NCBI RefSeq assembly: GCF_009914755.1
Contig: NC_060929.1
Strand: one strand, 5' to 3'
Length of the DNA: 64,000 nt
Source: the human T2T-CHM13v2.0 reference genome, Homo sapiens
Positions 52,346-64,000 of the stretch are shown piece after piece (position 1 is the first letter of the stretch; the number at the start of each line of letters is the position of its first letter). The translations under genes were made by a program, and so were the position numbers. The notes beneath the pieces were generated by a model. It saw only the letters and a list, made by a program, of their open reading frames with translations, was not told the origin of the DNA and ran no database searches.

Positions 52346-52836
52346 TTCTTTTGTATTGTTTTGTTTTGTTTTTGAAATGTTATACACTTCTAGGATCCCA
52401 GGCATTGTGGAGGCTGCATGGGAAATCCTATTTCCTTATTTGTTAAGGCATTTAGAATATTGCACTTATGTCAGAAGAAAAAGATGAATTAAACAATGAC
52501 CAGTATTAATCAAAAACAGGTCACTGCTATAAAGAAAATTACTCAACATTTCAGAAACAAAACAAAAGAATAATATAATGATTCCTCTGCCAAGCAGTAT
52601 AATTGCCATATTATATTCATTTTTTACAACTCTGTACAGAAGTAGAAATGTCCTTCTTTCTGTAGAGGTGAGAAAGCTTCTAGGGTCCCAGGCATTGCAG
52701 AGGCTGCACGGAAAATCCGACTTCCTTATTTATTAAGGCAATTAGAATATTGCACTTGTGTTGGAAGAAGAAGACGAATTAAACAATGGCCAGTATTTAA
52801 TAAAAAAAAGTCATTGATGTGAAGAAAATTACTCAA
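52241..52836. repeat. Interleaved inverted and direct duplication A-B-A(inv)-B
   Basis: A 52241-52381; B 52387-52546; inverted A 52545-52675; B copy 52677-52836. Confidence 0.95.
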
Positions 52837-53757
52837 AAAATACATAGTAAAAATTGGATTTTAGACACCTATATAATGGGCATGATTATCCCTTTCTACT
52901 CCCACAGATGTTTATAAGATTCAAATGCACAAAAAGGCACATTGAATTACACACACATACACACAGAGGCAAAAGGTACTGATTTTATTCTGAGAATTAA
53001 AGATAATTTAGATTATAACCAAAAGGAAAAATATGGCAACATACTATAAATACCTTTTCTTTATTTTCACTGTATTCTATTGAGGAGCTTAGTATATCAT
53101 TATTGAGGACTATAGGTCATGTATCCTTTCAAACAATTATTTCACAAATTATATTCTGGATTTTGTGACAAACAGTGCAACCACCTTTATGAATAAAAGT
53201 ATTACTATTATTTTGGCTTCAGAAAATACAAACGTTAACCAAATAAAAGAACAAGTAAATTTTAACTGTAAATTGTGATAAGTTCTGTAATTGAAAACAA
53301 TATGCAGCTATTCAAACAAATACCTAGGATGCAGAAAGATTGAGTCTGAAATTAGTGACAGTGGTCTCCAAGGTAATATGTAGGCTGAGATGGGCAGGAA
53401 GGGTATAGGTGAGGGAGGTGAAGGGGGGATGTTAGTTCAGGAGTGGGAACAGCACATGACAATGTTCTCAGAAGAGAAAAGGGGCCACCATGGCTGGACA
53501 TTATAAAGAAAAGTAAGGAAGTGTCAGGAGTTGGATGTAGAAAGACAGTCTTGTTCTAGTCATGCAGGGCCTCAAAGGGCATATGAAGCATTGTTTATTT
53601 ATTTTAACTCACACACAATGAAATACATGAAGTGCTTTCAAAAGGTGAATGGGGGATCCATACATGAGAATTTAACTTTGGCCACTCTACACACGGCACA
53701 TAGGAAGGTGCAGGTAGAAGCAAGTAAAACAGCAAAGACAGCCTCTCAGTTACCAGG

Positions 53758-54769
53758 TGTGACAGAGGACAGCATCTCACTGCTGGGATGTATAGAGAGA
53801 GGACACCATTTTACTGGTGGGATATGAAAAGCGGGGAAAGCATCTCACTACTGGGATGTGAGAAGGGAGGATATCATCTCACTACTAGAATGTGAAGAAG
53901 GAGGACAGCATCATAGTACTGGGATGTGAGAAGGGAGGACAGCATCTCACTGCTGGGGTGTGATGAGGGAGGACAGCATCTCACTACTAGGATGTGAGGG
54001 AGGGAGGACAGCATCTCACTACTGGCATATGAGGAGCGAAGACCACACCTCACTACTAGAATGTGAGGAGAGAGGACAGTGTCTCACCACTGGCATATAA
54101 GAAGGGAGGACCACATCTCACTACTAGAATGTGAGGAGGGAGGACAGCATCATAGTACTGGGATATGAGGAGGGAGGACAGCATCTCACTACTAGAATGT
54201 GAGGAGGGAGGACAGCATCATAGTACTGGGATGTGAGGAGGGAGGACAGCATCACACTACTAGGATGTGAGGAGGGAGGACCGCATCATAGTACTGGGAT
54301 GTGAGGAGAGAGGACACCATCTCACTACTAGGATGCAAGGAGGGAGGACAGCATCTCACTAGTGGGATGTGAGGAGGGAGGACAGCATCTCACTACTAGG
54401 ATGTGAGGGACAGAGGACAGCGTCTCACTACTGGCATGTGAGGAGGGAGAACCGCATCTCACTACTAGAATGTGAGGAGGGAGCACAGCATCATAGTATT
54501 GGGATGTGAGGAGGGAGGACAGTATCTCACTCCTGGGATGTGAGGAGGGGGGACAGCATCTCACTGCTGGGGTGTGAGGAGGGGGGACAGCATCTCACTC
54601 CTGGGGTGTGCAGAGGGAGCACCACATCTCAATCCTGGGATGTGAGGAGGAATGACAGCATCTCACTGCTGGGATGTGAGGAGGGAGCATCGCATCTCAC
54701 TGCTGCAATGTGAGGAGGGAGGACAGCATCTCACTGCTGGGGTATGAGGAGGGAGGACAGCATCTCACT
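53758..54769. repeat. Minisatellite, 34-bp unit, about 30 copies (AGGACAGCATCTCACTACTAGGATGTGAGGAGGG)
   Basis: GCATC recurs at 54181 and 54215; the period holds across about 1 kb. Confidence 0.97.
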
Positions 54770-56519
54770 TCTGTTCCAATTTTTTGCCACTTATTTTTTT
54801 CTGAAGTTTCCCCCACATGCATGTTATAGAGGTATTCATATGTTAACCTTTTCAATCTATTAAATATTCTATAATTATCTTACCTACACATTTACTTATA
54901 TTTTTACTTTATGTTACTTGCTTTTATTTTCTTTATGCAGATGATAAGAAATGGTGAGTTTTCATAACTATATTCAAAATATGCAGGATTATATTTATAA
55001 CTATGATGTAATAAAATTAGCATTGTAACTAGTTTGCCAAGAAGGGAATGAAGGAGGATAACTTTTCACTATACATACATAAATAAAATAATACAGAGTT
55101 TTACAATAAACTGGCCAGCCAGAAGCATCTGAAATAAATGTTGTGGGTTTCTGTCATCACCAGATTTAAGCTTGTCATCCTCTCTGCATTATTCACAAGC
55201 ACTACATTTTCTCTCTCTAGCTTTTTCTGCTCTCATGGAACTCTCTTGTGGGGAAATGGGAAGGGAGGGACAATGCCTGTTCCCTCACAGAAGGCACTTA
55301 AGCCATCTGTAATTCTTCATCTTCTCAGTGATTTCCCAATGTAAATGCCTTCATATACTCTTTGCTTTTGAACTTATCCAGTGATTGATTCTTTCCGAAA
55401 TGGATCTTTCATTCACCCCGGCACATGTAGAAATAACTTACGATTTGCTCAATACATCAACAATAGAAGCACCACTATTGCTTCCTGCTAGTACTGAAGA
55501 CACCGCATTATCAGGAAAATTAATAAAATTCATTGATAGCAACACTAATAAAGTTTTATATAAGCTTCATATAACTTAAAATCATAAAATGTGGCCAAAG
55601 CAGTAAATACATAAGAATCATTCAAATCCATGGAGATTTGTGATTTCCCACTTACCAGGAATCTCACAGAACTCCTTAAAGTGCAGAAGAGGGCTCCAAA
55701 ATTCCCAAGAGTTTCAACCAATGACTTTGTGGAACACTAAGCGCTCCCTAAGAAGCACTATTGGGAAAGAAAGAACCAGAGCATGAATTTAGCTTCTCTT
55801 AGACGTTTTCAGATTGGTTGGAACCACTAGGCCTCAAGGCAGTGTGCTTAGGGTCAATGGTGCTGTGTTCTCTTCCCTCTGAGCCCTTAAAATTAATTTA
55901 ATTTCAAATACTGACGGTAAAAAAAGAGAGCCTTAGTTCTATAGATGATATAAATTTTAGAGTCAGAAAATAAACCTGATCTTGTTTCTTCTCACAGTTC
56001 TTTCTGCCCTTTCTGCTGCACAACACAATCATACGGAGAAATTATGTGTAGTTTATCTTCTAATAAACACATCAATCTACTAAAGATACAAGTTAACATT
56101 ATTAACATTTTTTCTATAATTCTAGAAAGTTTATATAAGCCTCATATCAGTATCTCATTTTTACTTTATACACAAAGTAAAGCTGTGGAAAAGGTAGCTA
56201 TTGTTTTCTTTTTTTTTTTTTAACAAGTGAGAAAGATCAGATAGAAAAGTTACATGATTTCCTAAAGGTCTTGAAGCTTGGGAATGGCAAAGTCAGATTT
56301 GGGTCAAGGCATCTGACCCCCAGTTCTGGTCTCTTCTCACAGTAACATAAACATCCTCAGTCCTTACTCTGCATTGACCCACAGTGCTTTGAGGTAGGAG
56401 ATTAAATTCCTTTGGATTAAGGGGAGGAGGTACATGACAATCATATATGTATTTTTCTGATATTAGTGCCTGTTTTTATTATATTATTTTGTATTTACTT
56501 GCCCAGGTTTCCAATATGT

Positions 56520-58260
56520 TATAGTGGATTTTCTGATAACTGTACATTAGCTTGTCGCTTGCCAACCCTCTGAACAAGAAAAACTAGAAACCCTGACCAA
56601 GATAAGAAAATATCCATTTGAAGGTTCTGAAGAATTACCAAGACAGTAGAAACCAAGATCCCAGAGAAAGGAAGTAGAAACAAGTAAATTTAACACTAAG
56701 CATTATATTTTCTTTGAGCCATTTGTGCATTAAAAGACCAGTTCCTAGTGGCTCAGAAGCCAGTCAGGAAGCTGAAACTGAGAAGTGAAGCAGAGTAAAG
56801 ATTCCAGAATTTCATTGCACTAGAGAGACCACAAATGAAGTTCAGGTCACAGCAAAGAGGAGGATGCCTGGTAATTAACAGTGGTGACCATGAAGGAGTA
56901 CGTTCTGTATGTACGAGCAAACAGGAATGAACCAACCTTCAAGAAGATTAAAACTTAGCCTTTATTCTGTCAATCAATCCCTCATCAGATTAAATTTATA
57001 ATTGGCTTCTGAGCCATAAGCTCTGACTTTTTATTTCACAAATACCTCAAGGGAAAATCATGTTTGATAATGAATCAAACATCTGTAAGAAGTAAAAATA
57101 GATTTTTTTCTGCCTGTAAGAAGTAAAAATAAATTATCTATAAAAATAACAAACTGTCCTCACAACATTTAAACATATGTATGGCATTACATTAAAAAGT
57201 TACTTTACACAACAGAAACTAAGGTCAAATCATAGAAAATAAAGAAGAAAAAAACAGAAACAACCAGGTTTCTGAGAAATGCAGATATAGATAGTGAAGT
57301 TTCTAAATACAAACTTTAAATTAGATACATATATATTAATAAAATCAATAAATTCTGTGGCAAATAGGAGATTATCAGCAGAGAAACTGAAACCATAGAA
57401 ATGAATCAAAGAAAAAATTATGAAATTTAAAGTATTATAAATATAATTAAGAGCATAATACATTAATTTGACAACAGAATACTGAGGCTGAAAAGAGGAT
57501 TATTAAACCAGAAGATGGATCAAAAGAAAACAGACCAGAAAATGAAGAAAAACACAAGAGCATGAAAGTTATATAATGCATGATGAACAAGGTCTAATAT
57601 AGGTCTAATTGGAGTCCCAAAAGTAGAGAAGAAAAGAGAATGAAGAAGAAATAAATGCCAAGAACTTTCAGTAAAACATGAGCAACATCAAACTTTATAT
57701 TCATAATTTATAATGTATACTGTTAAATCTATAAAGAAGAAAAGTATGCCCATTAGGATACTATATCTCAAAATTTAAGACAAATGGAAATTATAAGAGT
57801 TCCAGAGGGGGCAAAAATACATAAAACCTTTAAAGAGGAAAAAGGTTTTACAGAAGGCTTCTCAACGAAAACAATGCAAGCCAGAAGACCAGATAATAAA
57901 ATATTCAATATATTGAAATGAAAACCTAGAATTTTATACCCATAAAAATGTAATATATTTCAAAAAGGCAAATAAATAAATTTTTAGACAATCAAAACAT
58001 AATATAACTTGCAACCTCCATACTGAGTAAAATGATTACAGAAAGAAGAACAGAGATATCAGGATGAATAAAGAGAAAGAAAAAAAACAAATGTGGGAAA
58101 ATCTAGTATATGTTGATTTTCTGAATCAATTATAAAATTTTAAGTTTTAAATATCAGAATAGTAAAATATATAATATGCACATGATATGAAATAAAAATA
58201 AATAGAGTTAAAGTGTTCTAAATTCCTTGAAGTGGTAAAAGTAATTATGAATTCACTTTA
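56520..58260 (+). mobile_element. Old L1M 5'/ORF1 relic
   Basis: TCTAATTGGAGTCCCA, GGCTTCTCAACGAAAACAATGCAAGCCAGAAGAC and AACCTAGAATTTTATACCC are ORF1 landmarks. Confidence 0.7.
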
Positions 58261-58272
58261 TAAACTCCAGAG

Positions 58273-58362
58273 CAGTGGTTCTCAGCTGGGCTTAGTGGTT
58301 CTCAGGGGCCCAGTGGTTCTCAACAAGGCTCAACCTCAATAGGGCTGAGGTTGAGAAACCTG
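58273..58362. mobile_element. Collapsed 90-bp hAT-Charlie (MER5/MER20-type) remnant
   Basis: CAGTGGTTCTCA...TGAGAAACCTG termini; 8-bp flanks CTCCAGAG/CTCTGAAG. Confidence 0.6.
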
Positions 58363-58472
58363 CTCTGAAGTATCCACTAAAGATTGGCTAGTGTAAAAAC
58401 GTAAGTACATGTATGTACTATCAACTGGCAAGTTTATACTCAATTATATACCCAACAGAAATGTGTACATGT

Positions 58473-58477
<5 letters not shown>

Positions 58478-58508
<31 letters not shown>
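58478..58508. repeat. (CA)n microsatellite
   Basis: Read directly. Confidence 0.95.
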
Positions 58509-58515
<7 letters not shown>

Positions 58516-58563
58516 ATTCTGTAGCAACATTATCTTTAATAGAAAAAAAAAATAGAAGCAAAC

Positions 58564-58996
58564 TGACATGGTTCGGACTTGTGTCCCAACCAAAATCTCA
58601 TGTTGAATTGAAATACCCAATTTTGGAGGTGGGGCCCGGTGGGAGGCGATTAGATCATGAAGGTGTTTCTCATGAATGGTTTAACACCACTACCTTGGAG
58701 CGGTTCTGCTGATAATGAGCAAGTTCTCATGAGATATGTTTGTTTAAAAGGGTGTCACACCTCCCCTCCTTGCTCTTGCTCTTGCTCTTGCTGATCTTGC
58801 CACATGAGATGTCTAGCTTCCCCTTTTCCTTCCACCATCATTGTAAGTTTCCTGAGGCCACTCCAGAAATCAAGCAGATGCCAGCATCATGCTTTTTGTA
58901 CATCTTGAGGAACCATGAGTCAATTAAACTTCTTTTATGTATAAATTACCCAGTCTTAGGTTTTTCTTTATAGCAATGGGATAACTGACTAATAAA
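58564..58996 (+). mobile_element. MSTA/MSTB-like solo LTR
   Basis: TGACATGGTT...AAATCTCATGTTGAATTG...CATTGTAAGTTTCCTGAGGCC...ATAAATTACCCAGTCT...ACTAATA. Confidence 0.9.
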
Positions 58997-60922
58997 CAAC
59001 TTAAATGGTCATTAATAACAGTGTGTCAAAGTATATTCATTCATACAGTAGAAAACTATACAGCAAATAGCATATACACAAAACAACGTGAATTAATCTC
59101 ATAAACACACAAGAAGCACGGCATAGTAGAATACAGACTTCATGATTTGAAAACAAAAATTCAAAAATGTCCAACGCTTAGCTAGGATATGTGAAGCGAC
59201 AACGGTGTTTTTCAACTCAGGGAGAGAAAAGAGACAGTGATCAGTGCAAGATGGCTGAATAGAAGCCTTTACCAATTGTACTCCCCACAGGAACACTAAA
59301 TTTAGCAACTATATACACAAAAATCACCTTCATAAGAACCAAAAATCAGGTTAGTGATCACAGTATTTGGTTTTAACTTTAGATTACTGAAAGTGGCAGT
59401 GAAGAAAGTAGGAAAGACAGTGTTTTATTGCCAACACCAATCCCTCCTCCATCCCTCAGCAGGGTGAGGAGAGAGAATCTGCGTGCCTGAGAAAGGAAGA
59501 GTGCAGGGACTGTGGGACTTTCACTGGAACTCATGCTGTCAGCACCAGGGAGAAGTCAGCTAACACTCACAGAGGGAGCATTTAGAGGAGCCCTAACTAG
59601 GGTGGAATTGCCCATCCCAGTAATTGAAACTCAGTTTTGGCAAGCCTCACCACCATGAGCTAAAGGGCTCTGGGGCTCTAAATAAACTTGAAAGGCAGTC
59701 TAGGCCACAAGGACTGCAACTCTTAGGCAAGTCCTAGTGCTGTGCTGGGCTCAGAACCCAGATATAGCAGACTTGGGAAGCACACAACCTAGTGAAACAT
59801 CAGCTAGAGGGGCTAAGGGAGTGTTTGTGCTACTCCTCCTCCACACCAGGCAGTGAGCTCGCTTGGAAAGAGAACTTATTCTTCCTCTTGAAGAGGGGAG
59901 AGGGAAGAGGAAAGACAACACTTCTTGCAACTTGAATACCAGCACAACCACAGTAGGATAGTGCCCCAGGCAAAGTTGCGAGGACCCCTTTCCAGGCTCT
60001 AGCTTCTGGATAACATTTCTAGACACACCCTGGGCTGGAAGGTAACCCACTGCCTTGAAGGGAAGGACTCAGCTCTCACAGGACTCATTACATGCTGACT
60101 AAAGAGCTCTTGGGCCTTGAATAATTAGCAATGGTAAGTAGGAAGTACACGAAGGAAATCTTGGGTGAGACCAAAATGTGCTGACTTCCAGTGTGACCCA
60201 GCACACTCACAGCTGTAGCAGCTATGAGGAGAGACTCCTCCTTGAGAAAATCAGAGAGAAGAGAAAAAGGGACTTGGTTTTACAGCTTAGGTACTAGCTC
60301 AGCCACAGTGTGGTAAAACAATGAAAAGGTTCTTGGGGTCCCCAGCTGCAGGCCTTGGCTCTTGGATAGCATTTCTTGACCTATCCTGGCCCAGACAGGA
60401 GCCCACTGCTCTGAAGGGTGAGTCTCAGCCCTGGTAGCTTTCACCACAAGCTGACTGAAGAGCCTGAGGTCCTTAAGTAAACATCAGCAGTAGCCTAGTG
60501 GTACTAACCATGGGCCTGTGGTGGCGATGGAAATGGAGAAAGACACCCCTGCCTGGGGAAAGGGGAGAGAAGAGTCTTGTGGTTTGGGTTCAGCTCAGCT
60601 GCAGTAGAATAGAGAATCAAGTAGAGTCCTAAGGTTTCCAACTCCAGGTCCTGGCTCCTGGATGGCATCTCTGGAACAAACCAGAGCCTGGGGGTACTTA
60701 GCACACTGAAAGGAAAAAACAAAAAAGCCTGATTGGATGCACCACCTGCTGATTGTACAGCTGTTGGGCATTAAGCAAACATAGGCATTAGCCAGGTAGT
60801 GGTAACAGTGCACCTTGGGTGAGACTCAGTGCCACGGTGGCTTCATATCTGATGCAATAGTCCCAGTGGTGGTGGTGACAGGAGGGCTTGTGTCACTCCT
60901 CTCCCAGATCCAGCAGCTCAGC

Positions 60923-60997
<75 letters not shown>
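60923..60997. repeat. (AG)n microsatellite of about 35 units in the L1 5'UTR
   Basis: Read directly. Confidence 0.97.
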
Positions 60998-60999
<2 letters not shown>

Positions 61000-62845
61000 C
61001 CATTTGTTTGGGAAAAAGTAAGGAAAGAGAAAAAGAGTCTCTGCCTGGTAATCCGAAGTATTCTTCTGAATCTTGGCCAAGACTACCCAGGCAGTACCTC
61101 TACAAGTCTTTGAAAACCACAGGACTACTAGGCTTAGGGTGACACTTATACAGAAATGGCTGAAGTGAGAAAAGACTTAGATCAAAACACCCAAGTCCCT
61201 TTGAATACCTGAAAAGTCTTCCCAATAAAGATGGGTGAAAACAAGCCCAGACTGCAAAGAGTATAAATAAATCCCTAACTCTTCAGTGCCCAGATACCAA
61301 TGAATATCCACAAACATCAAGACCGTCAGGAAAACATGGCCTCACCAAACTAAGTATGACACCACGAATCAATCCTAGAAACACAGAGATGTGGGACTTT
61401 TCGACAAGAAAAATTATAATAGCTATTTTGAGAAAACTCAAAGAAACTCAAGATAACACAGAGAAGGAACTCTGAATTATATCAGATAAATTTAATAAAG
61501 AAATTTAAATAATTAAAAAGAATCAAATAGAAATTCTAGAGCTGAAACTCAATTGATATACTGAAGAATGCATCAAAGTTAATTAACAGCAGAATTGATA
61601 AAGAAGAAAAATTAGTAAGATTGAAGACAGACTATTTAAAAATACACAATCAAATGAGACAAAAGAAAAGGAATACAAAACAATGAAGCATACCTACATT
61701 ATCTAGAAAATAGCCTCAAAAAGGCAAATCAAAGATCTAGTGGCCTAAAGAGAATGTGAAGGGGGTATTAGAATATTTATTCAAAGGAATATAAGAGAGA
61801 ACTTCCCAAACCTAGAAAAGGATATCAATATTCAAGTATAAGAAAGGTATAAAACATAAACAAATTTAACCCAAATTTAACCCCTTACCTCAAGCCATTT
61901 ATTAATCAGACTCAAAGGTCAAGGATGAGTAACATGTCCTAGAAGCAGCAAGAGAAAATAAACAAATAACATACAATCAAGCTCCAATACATCTGGCAGC
62001 AGACTTTTCAGTGGAAACTATAGGCCAGGACAGAGTGGCATGACATATTAAAATGCTGAAGGAAAAATTTGTACCCTAGAATATTATATTGACAAAAAAT
62101 ATCTACAAACATGAAGGAGAAATAAAGATTTTCCTAGGAAAACAGAAGTTGAGGGATTTCATCAACTGCAGTGAGATATCATCTCACTTCAGTTATATTA
62201 CCTTTATCCAAAGATAGGCAGTAACAAATGCCGACAAGAATGTGGAGAAAAGAGAACACTGTACACTGTTGATGTGAATGTAAATTAGTGCAACCACTAA
62301 GAAACAGTTTGAAGATTTCTCAAGAAACTAAAATCAGGGCTACCATATGATCTAGCCATCCCACTGCTAGGTATATGCCCGAAAGAAAGAAAATCACTAT
62401 ATCAAAGGGATACCTGCACTCCTGTGTTTACTGAGGCACTATTCACAATAGCCAAGACTTGAAAACAACTTAAGTGTCTATGAACAGTCTTAGGGAGAAT
62501 GAATATGTGGTACATATACACCATATGCATAAAAAAGAATGAGATCCTGTCATTTGCAACAACATGGATGGAACTGGAGGTGATTATGTTATGTGAATTA
62601 AGCCAGGCACCCAAAGAGAAACTTTTCATGTTCTCACTTATTTGTGAGGGAAAAAAATTAAAGCAATTGAACTGATGGAGATACAGAGCAGAAGGTTGGT
62701 TACCAGAGGCTGAGAAGGGTACGTGGGGGGTCAGGAGGAAGTAGGGCACAAAAAATAGGAAGAATGAATAAGATCTAGTGTTTGATAGCACAGCACAGTG
62801 ACGCTAGTCAATAATAATTTAATTGTACATTTAAAAATAACCAAA

Positions 62846-63215
<370 letters not shown>

Positions 63216-64000
63216 TCATTATTGCACATTGTAATGCTGTATCAAAATATGTCATATACCTCATAAATATATACACTTACCATGTATCCACAAAAATTAA
63301 AATTAAAAATAAATAAGTAAAACTAGCAGGTAATGAAAATCTGTGGCCTCTGATTTCCAAAGTAAAATCTGGTGTCGTTTTCCAGAAGGCATCAGGATTT
63401 CTACCAGGCTGAAAACTCTTGCTAGACCAAGACCCTTGTTTTGCTAAAGTCATGCTGGTATGTTTGCCTGCGTTTTCCTAATGTTGATATTTTACATTTC
63501 AACATTATGATACTTGGGTGCTGGAGGAAAGAAGGGAGAAGGTGAATAGGAAACAAAAGGATCGGTGTGGAATTGCATGAGCGTGAGCTTGTACAAAGAA
63601 AATACCCTATTTAACTGGCCTATAGCTGTGTCTAGGAAGCAGTTAAGTTAAAATATATTTGGCATATGTTAAGGAAAATGTGACAGAATTAAATCTATGA
63701 ATTAGAATATTATAGAAATGTGAGCATGATTCACTTACAAATTTACTTCTCCTAGAACAATATCCAAGAAATGTAATACTCAGTTGAAATGAATTTACTG
63801 AACTTATTAACAACTGTACTGAAAGTTCAGAAATCGACCATTGGGATTATGTCTAGTAAAATGCAATATACAGAATATATGAAAGTTTCAATACCTCTCA
63901 TTGATTATGAGTAATATTTTTATAAAGTAACTTGTTCCTAATTCTTTTAAACATTCTTCTCACTCTCATTTTTAATATAAAATGATGTATAAGCAAAATG

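Noticed and set aside
53758-54769. Regular 34-bp periodicity suggestive of a CRISPR array, and ORF 54328-54564
   Set aside because: Head-to-tail units with no unique spacers and no cas genes in a primate context; the ORF is just translated repeat.
60815-61142. ERERER / SLSLSL ORFs
   Set aside because: Translation of the (AG)n microsatellite.

Overview
This is primate (probably human or ape) genomic DNA, judged from AluJ/AluS/AluY, L1PA/L1MA, THE1/MST and MLT elements. I see no credible protein-coding gene, RNA gene or CRISPR array, and no new biological system. The ORF track is explained by L1, Alu, ERV and microsatellite sequence or by chance. The window is intronic or intergenic and dominated by transposon relics: two internally deleted L1MA elements (12.0-17.1 kb minus, 59.2-63.3 kb plus), a degraded ERV-L provirus (30.6-33.7 kb), a Charlie1 hAT relic (46.7-49.1 kb), many solo LTRs, four Alus and a 34-bp minisatellite (53.76-54.77 kb). 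The most interesting signals are structural: an A-B-A(inverted)-B rearrangement with junction microhomologies at 52.24-52.84 kb, the minisatellite with a near-PRDM9 motif and a 68-bp higher-order unit, a twin-primed L1 with target-site duplication (TSD), a 232-bp tandem duplication, an inverted L1 patch, and several nested insertions. Subfamily names come from my recall of consensus sequences, not from a RepeatMasker run.
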